From: a virus
Taxonomy: Duplodnaviria > Caudoviricetes
Reading direction: 5' to 3' (one strand)
DNA length: 54,558 nt
IMG/VR virus record: IMGVR_UViG_3300029142_000002
Coordinates: 1-54,558 of that record
Part shown: positions 9,222 through 17,596 of the stretch, in pieces
Layout: every line of letters starts with the position of its first letter
Numbering within the stretch: the stretch's first letter is position 1
The notes under the pieces: generated by a model
The model's input: the letters and a program-made list of their open reading frames with translations, nothing else
Databases searched by the model: none
What the model was told of the DNA's origin: nothing
Position numbers and translations under genes: made by a program

Positions 9222-9631
9222 GATCTGCAAAGCTAGCATTACAGGATGCAATAGGTGATGCCATTAATGCGCAGTTCACTACTGATTCGATCAGTGCTAC
9301 CGCTGTTACTAATCCCGAGCAAGGCGGATCTATGCCGCTTGCGGTGATTGGTCAAGACAACGAGGACGATAGTGGCACCACTAAAGATCAGGATGCGAGC
9401 TCTATCGCCCATAACATCTACCTGCATAGCACAAGCATAGTAGAGGTCAAACAGATGGCAGATTCGGTGCTTCAGGCGGTGGGACCAGGAGAGACAAAAT
9501 TAAGCCTTGGCGCGAGCTTCTACGAGGTAGGACGCAAGCTAGAGGCAAACGATTTAACAACAGAGCGCAGGCCAGAGGGTGATATCTACAATGCTCTTGT
9601 TAGGGTGCGCTATCAAATAGGTCATAGGTAA
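9218..9631 (+). CDS. Tail terminator/completion protein (DUF3168-like)
   Basis: Size and position before the tube gene; PLAVIG motif. Confidence 0.7.
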   Translation: MRSAKLALQDAIGDAINAQFTTDSISATAVTNPEQGGSMPLAVIGQDNEDDSGTTKDQDASSIAHNIYLHSTSIVEVKQMADSVLQAVGPGETKLSLGASFYEVGRKLEANDLTTERRPEGDIYNALVRVRYQIGHR

Positions 9632-10092
9632 TGGCAGATACGGAAAAAGTCGGTAAAGATTTTCTGTTCTATATAAATGCAGGATCAGAACCATCTACAC
9701 CCGACGAAATAACCAACTACACAAAGGTGGGCTTGATCACGTCTTTCGAGTTCAGCCTTTCGGCAGATCGCATCCCTGTGGTTCATAAGGATACGGGCAA
9801 CTTCCGCGAAACGCTTGGCGGCTCACAGGGCTATACGATCAATCTTTCAGGCGTTGTTCCTACCGATGGCAACGCAGGGCATACAATCGTGCACGACGCA
9901 GCCAAGGCTACGGCAGACGCATCCAAGCTGGTTTACTGGCTTAATACGTCAGATGTGACTAATGATTATCAGAAGCGCGGCAGCGGTCGTGTGCTTGATT
10001 ACACGGAAAGCCACCCTACTGATGACGTGATCACATGGACGGCGGTGATCGAAGGTAATGGCGATTATACGCATGAGCTTGTAGACGCATAA
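9631..10092 (+). CDS. Major tail tube protein
   Basis: KVGKDFLFYI ... HKDTGNFRETLGG ... IEGNG pattern of TP901-1/GTA-like tube proteins; synteny. Confidence 0.85.
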   Translation: MADTEKVGKDFLFYINAGSEPSTPDEITNYTKVGLITSFEFSLSADRIPVVHKDTGNFRETLGGSQGYTINLSGVVPTDGNAGHTIVHDAAKATADASKLVYWLNTSDVTNDYQKRGSGRVLDYTESHPTDDVITWTAVIEGNGDYTHELVDA

Positions 10093-10119
10093 TCATAACA
10101 CATTCACTAACCCCCAAAG

Positions 10120-10380
10120 GTGATTTTTATGCTCGTTCAGGGTGGAGACCTGGAGTATTTCAAAAGGCACTTGAAAGAATATTTCAACGCCGATTACAGT
10201 TTGACAAAAGCTGTTAGAATAGAGTTCACCGATCCTGGTGACGGCAATAAGTGGCCTAACGTTCATATGACGCTAACGAAGGACACCAAGCCGGAATTAA
10301 AGGTCAGGTTTAGGCGTGATCATTTCCAGGCAGAGATCTACGACAAAGACGACAATCTTTTATACGGTAGTAAGCAATGA
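10120..10380 (+). CDS. Hypothetical protein
   Basis: Fills the gap between tube and chaperone genes; ATGA overlap with the next gene. Confidence 0.55.
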   Translation: MIFMLVQGGDLEYFKRHLKEYFNADYSLTKAVRIEFTDPGDGNKWPNVHMTLTKDTKPELKVRFRRDHFQAEIYDKDDNLLYGSKQ

Positions 10381-10712
10381 AAGCAGCAAACCCCCAGGCT
10401 GGTGAAGTGGCATTGAGCATTGATGGCAAGGATTATATCCTGCGCATGTCAATGAATAGGGCTGCTATAGCCGAAGGCTTTTTAGGGAAGTCGATCTGGA
10501 GCATAGACGGTGGTGGTGTCGCATATATTCGGGCGCTGTTCTTCTCAATGGTTCACGATCAAGGCGTCGAGTCTATCGATGCGGCAGGTGATCTTTTAAA
10601 CAGTTCTTTCAAATACTTAGCAGACGCTGTAATGCGCGCATTTACCCTTTTTTTCCAGATGCTAGGCGAGAAGGTGGTGAAAGTCATTCCCTTACGTGGA
10701 ATTACTTACTAG
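10377..10712 (+). CDS. Tail assembly chaperone (gpG-like)
   Basis: ANPQAGEVALSIDGKDYIL, GTA-gp10-like; contains in-phase slippery T_TTT_TTC at 10649-10655. Confidence 0.8.
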   Translation: MKAANPQAGEVALSIDGKDYILRMSMNRAAIAEGFLGKSIWSIDGGGVAYIRALFFSMVHDQGVESIDAAGDLLNSSFKYLADAVMRAFTLFFQMLGEKVVKVIPLRGITY

Positions 10713-11044
10713 AAACAGCAGTGGAATACGACATTTCGACTACTGAGTTCTGGCAGATGTCACTAAAAGACTTTGAACGTGTGGTCTGGACTAAAGGCAA
10801 TAAGCGGGTAAATGACGCTAAGGTAATGCACGAAACAGCGCTCTTACGTCTTGCGATTGGTACTAGTGATGTGATCAACATGATAGGAGGAACGCAGATC
10901 AAGGACTACAAACCGGTATCAGCAAAGGATTTGCTTGACAGGTGGCAAAATAAAACACTTAGCATCAAGGAGCTTAAGGCAAGAATGAAGGCAGCAGATG
11001 ATCGCAGTGAGGCAAGGCTTAAGCGCGAAAGGCGCAGAGGTTAA
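10655..11044 (+). CDS. Tail assembly chaperone gpT-like segment (expressed as a ~222 aa G-T fusion by -1 frameshift)
   Basis: -1 frame is open from the slippery site through 10721-11044; EFWQMS motif typical of gpT segments. Confidence 0.75.
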   Translation, partial: PDARREGGESHSLTWNYLLETAVEYDISTTEFWQMSLKDFERVVWTKGNKRVNDAKVMHETALLRLAIGTSDVINMIGGTQIKDYKPVSAKDLLDRWQNKTLSIKELKARMKAADDRSEARLKRERRRG

Positions 11045-11214
11045 ACTGGTGTTTTTTCCGTCTTCTTAGTCACAGCAACAAATATAGCACCTATGAGCGG
11101 AGTCAGGAATAGTGATGCGATAAAGCCAACCCAAAAGGGATTGCCACGATTGGTATTCCATGCTCCGATGAGCACGCAAACAACTAGATAAAACACAGGA
11201 ACTAACGCTTCCAT
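11041..11214 (-). CDS. Small two-TM membrane protein (57 aa, not in the ORF track)
   Basis: Translated by hand as MEALVPVFYLVVCVLIGAWNTNRGNPFWVGFIASLFLTPLIGAIFVAVTKKTEKTPV; fills the gap exactly; G-rich RBS. Confidence 0.7.
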   Translation of the reverse strand: MEALVPVFYLVVCVLIGAWNTNRGNPFWVGFIASLFLTPLIGAIFVAVTKKTEKTPV

Positions 11215-11230
11215 AAAACCCCCTATTTAA

Positions 11231-11509
11231 ATGAGCAAAGATAACAAGGCCAGCTTTACAATAGACGACAAAACATATACAATTCTGCTCACTGCCAATG
11301 GACTTTCTAGTGCCGAGGCGCTTACAGGGCTTAATCTCTGGAATATGGGCAGAATGACAATAAACCACGTGAGAGCCCTTGTCTATGCTGGCATAAATGG
11401 TCAGCATGAGATTAAAAAGCTTGAAGATGTTGGTGAACTGCTAGATCTCAGTTTCAATGAAATTGTTGAGGCTGCCACGGAAGCATATACAAAATACTTT
11501 GACAAATAG
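11231..11509 (+). CDS. Second tail assembly chaperone paralog
   Basis: Collinear similarity to 10377-10712 (TIDDKTY/SIDGKDY, VRAL/IRAL, GELL/GDLL). Confidence 0.7.
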   Translation: MSKDNKASFTIDDKTYTILLTANGLSSAEALTGLNLWNMGRMTINHVRALVYAGINGQHEIKKLEDVGELLDLSFNEIVEAATEAYTKYFDK

Positions 11510-11511
11510 TT

Positions 11512-13041
11512 GTGGCTGACGTTACCGTACATATAGAAGGCGATGATTCCGGGTTAGAGAAGACTCTGGAAAACAGCGGAAAAAAGGTTGATCGCTTTGG
11601 AAAAAAAGCGGATGGTCTTTCCAAGAAAGTAGAAAAGGCGGGCAAAAAAACAAAGGGGGCCACGCTTGAGTTATCACGCATGGGCGGAAAGCTTGCTGCT
11701 GGGCTTGGATTAAGCGCAGCCACGGCAGGCTTTAAGATATTTGGTGCTGTTGTAGAGCAGCAGATGCGTGAAGCGCGCAGACAGGCAGAATTAACACAGA
11801 AAGCTTTTGAAGACGCTTTTAGTGCTGCCCTATCGGTCAATATTGATACAGCAGGATTTCAAATCAATAATAGGGATCAGGTAGTAGCTTTAGGGCAGGC
11901 AGCGCAGCAAGAACTAAACAGAATCAACCAGGAACTTAGAGATAAATTCGGTGGGTTGATTGATTCTGATATATTTGAAGGCAGCCTTGAGAAGGCATTA
12001 CAGGCTGCCTCTTTGGTTGGGATTGGCGAAGAGCAACTTGTAATTCTTAGGGATTTGCAGCGGCAGCGCAAAGAGCTACAGACACAGGTTGATTTTTACA
12101 CTAGCATAGAGCAAAAGCTTACCAACATAAGCAGACTTAACAGGCAGAATGAAGGCAGGGGTTTATTTAAAGATCCTAGCGGTAAAAACTCGGTTGCGGT
12201 TGGTCCTCCTAAAGGCCAGTCAGTTAGTGGGTTAGATGATTTCTTTAATAATGAAGCTAGACAGAAAGAATTTGACAGGGCCACAAGCTCATTTGGTGAA
12301 TTGCCGGAGCTTCCTGAGCAGGAGATTGATTCTTTTGATCAGTTCATCTTAGACATGGGTAAGGTTTCAAAGCTTGCCCAGCATGACATTATACCCGCTT
12401 ATGAGGCGATGTCTCAGCAGTCGGCATTGCTTGAAGGCCAGCTTACTGAAATGATTGGATCTGGCGTTGATCCATCAAGCGAAGCGTTTTTGGCATTGAA
12501 AGACAAGCTCTTCAATGTTAGGGAAGAAATGCAGAAAATGGAGTCTGCTACGGTCCTTACATCTAAGGCTTTTGGATTAGTTAAGAGTATTGGTGAAACT
12601 GCGCTTTCGGGACTGGCTTTCAAGTTTGAAGAAGCAAATAGCGCCGCAGCTAAATTTAGGAATACATTAAGACAGATAGGAAATCAGCTTATCGATTTCG
12701 GGGTCAGTACGCTACTTGATACTGGGCTTTCTCTCGGTATTGGAGCATTGACGGGCAACCCGATTTCTTTTGGTGCAGCACTAGGCTCCGCACTTGGTAT
12801 TGAGGGGTTGAGTTTTGGGAGCAAAAAAGGCGGAGGTGCTTCATTGCCCACGCCTTCAATCCAGGCTATTCAGCAACCCCGAACGCCAATCCTAGACTTA
12901 GGCAATGCTTTCACTCCCCCATCACAGGCGGCGCCGCAAAAGGTACAGCTTGAGGCAACGTCTATCGGTATTAGCGGCGAGGAGCTTCTGGTATTAATTA
13001 AGCAAGCGGAAAGCACAAGCGTGAGGCGCAGAGGCTTCTAA
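11512..13041 (+). CDS. Tape measure protein (short, 509 aa)
   Basis: VTVHIEGDDSGLEK N-terminus; helical Ala/Gly/Leu-rich sequence; follows the chaperones. Confidence 0.8.
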   Translation: MADVTVHIEGDDSGLEKTLENSGKKVDRFGKKADGLSKKVEKAGKKTKGATLELSRMGGKLAAGLGLSAATAGFKIFGAVVEQQMREARRQAELTQKAFEDAFSAALSVNIDTAGFQINNRDQVVALGQAAQQELNRINQELRDKFGGLIDSDIFEGSLEKALQAASLVGIGEEQLVILRDLQRQRKELQTQVDFYTSIEQKLTNISRLNRQNEGRGLFKDPSGKNSVAVGPPKGQSVSGLDDFFNNEARQKEFDRATSSFGELPELPEQEIDSFDQFILDMGKVSKLAQHDIIPAYEAMSQQSALLEGQLTEMIGSGVDPSSEAFLALKDKLFNVREEMQKMESATVLTSKAFGLVKSIGETALSGLAFKFEEANSAAAKFRNTLRQIGNQLIDFGVSTLLDTGLSLGIGALTGNPISFGAALGSALGIEGLSFGSKKGGGASLPTPSIQAIQQPRTPILDLGNAFTPPSQAAPQKVQLEATSIGISGEELLVLIKQAESTSVRRRGF

Positions 13042-13042
13042 T

Positions 13043-16000
13043 ATGGCGTTTGTTACTAAATACACCATATCGAAGTACAATCACCAGACATCGACCACTT
13101 GGAATGCGCACATTCAAGAGGACGGGGCAACATTTGACTCTAATCTCGCGCCTGGTCCTAGTCCCATATCGATCAATTATACGTGCGACTCATCCGAACC
13201 CGACTGGGTTGTTGCGCCTTCCGTTGCTACCATATCTTTTGTTGATGATTCGTCCGGTAAGCTTGTCGAGTTCTTTAACTCAGGGACGGATCAGCGCTAT
13301 AAGCTGCTAATCCAAGAAGGCAGTACGACCGTTTGGAGCGGCTTCATTGATCCAGAAAGCTATAGGACTGTCCCCTATAAAGAAAACTACGTTTCAACAT
13401 TTCAAGCAACAGATAGGCTAAGTGTCCTTAGAAACTCATCATTCAAGGACGGCGCATTATTCTATGAGGGGCAGGAGCGGTTTTCTACAATACTTGCGCA
13501 GTGCCTGGACAAAACAGGCTTAGACCTGGATATGGCAACGCATTCGCAGCGCTACTCATATCTTGCCAGTAACAGCCTTGATGAAGAAGACGACCCGCTC
13601 TATTACCACACGGTCGATCAATCGGTATTTCTTGACAGTCAGGGCAATGCCTATTCCTGCTGGACAGTTCTCATAAACGTGCTTGCTGCTTGGGGCTTGC
13701 AATTGTTTCAGGCGCAGGGCAAATGGTGTATTTATGAGCGCGAAAGAAATGTGTCTGCAATACTACCCTATACGTTTAACTCCTGGAATTACACGAGCGC
13801 AGGCGCGCAAGATACTCCGGTTTTAAGCACGGTAAATGCCAAGATTGAGGTTAGTGACGATTCGGCAGACGAACTGTTCTTTCATGAGGGCTTACGGGGC
13901 GGCGCTGAAGTAGCCATTGGGCAGGCCGACTTTACCTATTGCCAGGGTGACATTGATCAGATATTTAGTAACCTTGATTTTGATACTGATGATAATCTAT
14001 CTGATAACTGGACTATTGTAGGTGTTCCTGCGCTGGATAACGATGCACACGAAGGCGACAACTCCGTAGATCTTGGTGCAGACTGGCAACTATCGCCAAA
14101 TAGCGACGGCGCACTGCATTATATACACCAGTCCGCCATTACGTCTGTTAGTAGTGCGACGGGCTATAAGTTCAGGATTAAGCTACGCCTCAAGATGCCA
14201 GAAAGGTTAGACCTTCCTTCCGGTCGTGAGGCTTATTGGTATTTCAAGTTCAAGGTGGGCAGTAATTTCTTCAAGTGGTCTGATACCACATGGACGGGCA
14301 CTGACACCCTTAACGAAATACCTATTTATAACTACATACAGACTGCTGACTGGTCCTTTGACTTCACGTTTACTACGCCGGTTCTTGATGGGCTTTCAGG
14401 AACGCCTTATATGGAGTTTCGAAACGTGGTTGAGGATGATCCTGGTAGCGGCAGTCAGACGCAGTTTTCGATCCTTCTTGACACGATCACCTTTGATCTT
14501 ATCAATCCTTCGTCACAGGTTGTAAAGCGCTACTCAAAGACCAGTGCTACGATTTCAGGCACAACAAATGGAGAGATCAAAAACATAGGTGTTAGCTATT
14601 TCGGGGAGGGTCCTTTGGATCTATACCCCGGCGCTATTCACCAGAAAGACAGTACCGATTCAGATGTAGGGATAGCAACGGACTGGAAGCTTACGGTGCC
14701 TTCGTCCGCTACAGGCCATTCGTTTGACAGACTGACGGCGGAGCGTAAGATTGTTCAATTTGGCAGCCCTGCCAGGTACTATGATGGTCCGATAGCCCAC
14801 AAGGGTACAGCGGCTTCTACGGAGGTTAGGCCAGAGAACCAGATACAGATCGAAAGACCAGACAGTACTACCATTGATGAATGTATGTGGTACAGGTCTT
14901 TGACGTGGAAGCCAGCGGACCCACAGAATAATATCAAAGCATCATGGTGCGCAATCAATGATGATTCATTTACAACTGTAATTACAGTTAATGCGCTTGA
15001 TGAGATTGACGAGGAAGGGAATGCAATATCTATTGCAAACAGCGTCGTTAGCGTCGTCAGCAATACGCAGCTTGAGACGGTAGAGAGCGAAACAGCATTG
15101 CAGGCACTCTCTGTGGGTGATACGTCGCAGGCTGTTATCATGCAAAGCTATAACAGCGGGCAGCGCGAAGGTGCTGGCACTTTTGTTAAGGATAGCACTG
15201 ATACATCTAGCACCACGAATGATATTACAATCTTTGCCAGTACAGATGGCAAGCGTATACACCGCGTAGGTTCAGAGTATCCGTGGGCGGTCCAGTGGGC
15301 AGGCGCCAAAGGAGACGGCACCACAGACGACGCTACCGCGCTGTCGGACATTATAGCAGCAGCAGCGGGCGGCGCGATTACGCTACCTCCAGGGCGCTAT
15401 GTGGTAGACTCTACGATAACGATTGACGGGCAGGCGCTCTCTATGATTGGCCAGCAGTCAAGCTACTACAAGGACGACGGGCGCACCGGCTTTAACGCTA
15501 CACCATCGGGCGCCGTCATTATGTCCGGATCGAGCCTAACGGGTCCAATCTTCAAGATTCAGGACACAACAACAACCAATGAAGAGTTCTCCCCTATTCA
15601 CTTCGAGAACATTCATTTTATCGGCAATGGTACCACAGATACGCATGCGATACAGGTTATAGGCGGCTCCAATGTTCAGGTTAAGAACTGTAATATAACA
15701 GGCTTTACGAGCGATGGCTTTAAATCAGAGACCTCAACTGTGGGCAATACTAACCAGCCGGTAACAATAAAACTTCTTGGCTCCACTTTTGAAGGCAATG
15801 GAGGAAACGGCGCAAGTCTCGACTGCCAATCGAGTATCATCGATGACTGTATTTTCGTCGACAATACGTCCGGGGGGCTTTTGGCAGTCGAGACCAGCGT
15901 TGCAAACACCTTCAGCCGCAATACCTTCTCGAGTAATGATGGGTACGGTCTTAAGGTGGCTGGGCTTGGCGGCAGCGTTATTAGTGAGAATCTATCATCG

Positions 16001-17596
16001 GGCAATGATGGTGCGGGAATATTTGTAGGGCATTCTACGCTGCTTGCTGTGCAAACGGTCGTGAACAACACCGTTTCGAGCAATGGCGTTGATACGGGCA
16101 ACACGAACGAGAACCGCGCAGGGATAACGCTAAAGAATATATTTGCTGGCACCATTACCGGCAATACGACAAGCTTTAACGGCTCTTACGGTATGTTTTT
16201 CGACGTCGTAAAGAATACGGCGCTATCTGGCAATACAGGTACAGGAAACACGCTGGGCTTTCTGAATACGCGCGCGCAAAAGGTAAGCGGCGTGTACAAT
16301 GCTATCGAGTACGGAGCGCTACAGGCGGGCAATAACGAGTCAGGAACGCTTGCGGAGCTGATCAGCGCAGCAGAAGAAGGATCTGTCATCGAGCTTCCTC
16401 ATGGCGACTACATGTTAGAGTCTAGCGTTGCCATTAACAAGGCTGTTACTATTCGCGGGCAGGCTACGAAAGAATCTACAGGCACAATAGGTACGCGCAT
16501 CGTTGCTGCGGCAAGCCTGGATAATCCCTGCTTTGTTATTAGCGCTTCAGGCGTAAAGATAGAGCGCGTCAACTTTATCGGCGATTCTTTGCAGGCTGGC
16601 AATGCACACGGCGTTGAGTGGTCCTCTGGCAGCGACGGCGAGCTAAGGCACTGCGTAATAACCGGCTTTATAGGAACGGGGCTCCGCATTAATAGCGGCG
16701 TGACTGATATAACCGCCTATGACGTGCGCGTAGATTCCTGCAGCGATAAAGGTATGTTTATCCAGGGTGATGATTGCATCATTGACCGCTGCAAGGTGAC
16801 GAATAACGGCACAATCGGTATTCTTACCACAAACGCCGACGATCTGATTGTCTCGCGTTCCTTTATCAGCAGCAACGGCACTGATGGCGTTCAGATGCAG
16901 GGTGGCTTTCATAACATAGTCACTGACTGCCACATCAAGCTTAATGACCAGAATGGCATCAATATTCGCTCAGGTGATAACCACAGCGTACAGGGCTGCC
17001 ATATTAACTGTAACGGCGCGGACACGGGAGCGGCAACGGTAGAACGCGCGGGCGTGTATGTGCGCGAGGGCAACAAGCACCAGGTTAACAATAACCACAT
17101 CGGTGACAACCAGGCAAGTGCTACGCAGCTCCATGCCGTGGCTACCGGTGACTTGTTAAATAGCGCTCACATTATCGGCAATACCGGTGAGGGCAATGCG
17201 ACTGCCTTTTTCAACCTCGATTCTACGAGCGCTGGCGATCTCGATATCGATCTGGACCACACTGAAACGATTGATCTGGCGAGCTTAAATGCTAGCACAA
17301 GCACCACAGAGGCCATAACAATAGCTGGCGCGCGTCCTGGCGACCGCGTAACGTTAGGTCCGCCCAGCAACTGGGATATGGATGTACAGTTTTGGGGCTA
17401 TGTGTCGGCAAATGACACGTTAACGATCAAATTCTACAACATATCTGGAGGCGCTATCAACCAGGCGTCAGGTGACTGGAAGATAGGTCTATCAAGGCGA
17501 GAAGGAGCAACGGCCAGCGTACCCCCTGCTACTGGCTTGACTGCTCTTACTATCGTCAATTTCAGTAATGCTAATCTATTAACACAAGCTGATTAA
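13043..17596 (+). CDS. Tail tip/hub protein fused to two right-handed beta-helix (pectate-lyase-like) domains
   Basis: Hub-like N-terminus (VWSGFIDP, FQATDRLSVL), GAKGDGTTDD motif, many PbH1-like N-x-x-x-G-I repeats. Confidence 0.8.
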   Translation: MAFVTKYTISKYNHQTSTTWNAHIQEDGATFDSNLAPGPSPISINYTCDSSEPDWVVAPSVATISFVDDSSGKLVEFFNSGTDQRYKLLIQEGSTTVWSGFIDPESYRTVPYKENYVSTFQATDRLSVLRNSSFKDGALFYEGQERFSTILAQCLDKTGLDLDMATHSQRYSYLASNSLDEEDDPLYYHTVDQSVFLDSQGNAYSCWTVLINVLAAWGLQLFQAQGKWCIYERERNVSAILPYTFNSWNYTSAGAQDTPVLSTVNAKIEVSDDSADELFFHEGLRGGAEVAIGQADFTYCQGDIDQIFSNLDFDTDDNLSDNWTIVGVPALDNDAHEGDNSVDLGADWQLSPNSDGALHYIHQSAITSVSSATGYKFRIKLRLKMPERLDLPSGREAYWYFKFKVGSNFFKWSDTTWTGTDTLNEIPIYNYIQTADWSFDFTFTTPVLDGLSGTPYMEFRNVVEDDPGSGSQTQFSILLDTITFDLINPSSQVVKRYSKTSATISGTTNGEIKNIGVSYFGEGPLDLYPGAIHQKDSTDSDVGIATDWKLTVPSSATGHSFDRLTAERKIVQFGSPARYYDGPIAHKGTAASTEVRPENQIQIERPDSTTIDECMWYRSLTWKPADPQNNIKASWCAINDDSFTTVITVNALDEIDEEGNAISIANSVVSVVSNTQLETVESETALQALSVGDTSQAVIMQSYNSGQREGAGTFVKDSTDTSSTTNDITIFASTDGKRIHRVGSEYPWAVQWAGAKGDGTTDDATALSDIIAAAAGGAITLPPGRYVVDSTITIDGQALSMIGQQSSYYKDDGRTGFNATPSGAVIMSGSSLTGPIFKIQDTTTTNEEFSPIHFENIHFIGNGTTDTHAIQVIGGSNVQVKNCNITGFTSDGFKSETSTVGNTNQPVTIKLLGSTFEGNGGNGASLDCQSSIIDDCIFVDNTSGGLLAVETSVANTFSRNTFSSNDGYGLKVAGLGGSVISENLSSGNDGAGIFVGHSTLLAVQTVVNNTVSSNGVDTGNTNENRAGITLKNIFAGTITGNTTSFNGSYGMFFDVVKNTALSGNTGTGNTLGFLNTRAQKVSGVYNAIEYGALQAGNNESGTLAELISAAEEGSVIELPHGDYMLESSVAINKAVTIRGQATKESTGTIGTRIVAAASLDNPCFVISASGVKIERVNFIGDSLQAGNAHGVEWSSGSDGELRHCVITGFIGTGLRINSGVTDITAYDVRVDSCSDKGMFIQGDDCIIDRCKVTNNGTIGILTTNADDLIVSRSFISSNGTDGVQMQGGFHNIVTDCHIKLNDQNGINIRSGDNHSVQGCHINCNGADTGAATVERAGVYVREGNKHQVNNNHIGDNQASATQLHAVATGDLLNSAHIIGNTGEGNATAFFNLDSTSAGDLDIDLDHTETIDLASLNASTSTTEAITIAGARPGDRVTLGPPSNWDMDVQFWGYVSANDTLTIKFYNISGGAINQASGDWKIGLSRREGATASVPPATGLTALTIVNFSNANLLTQAD

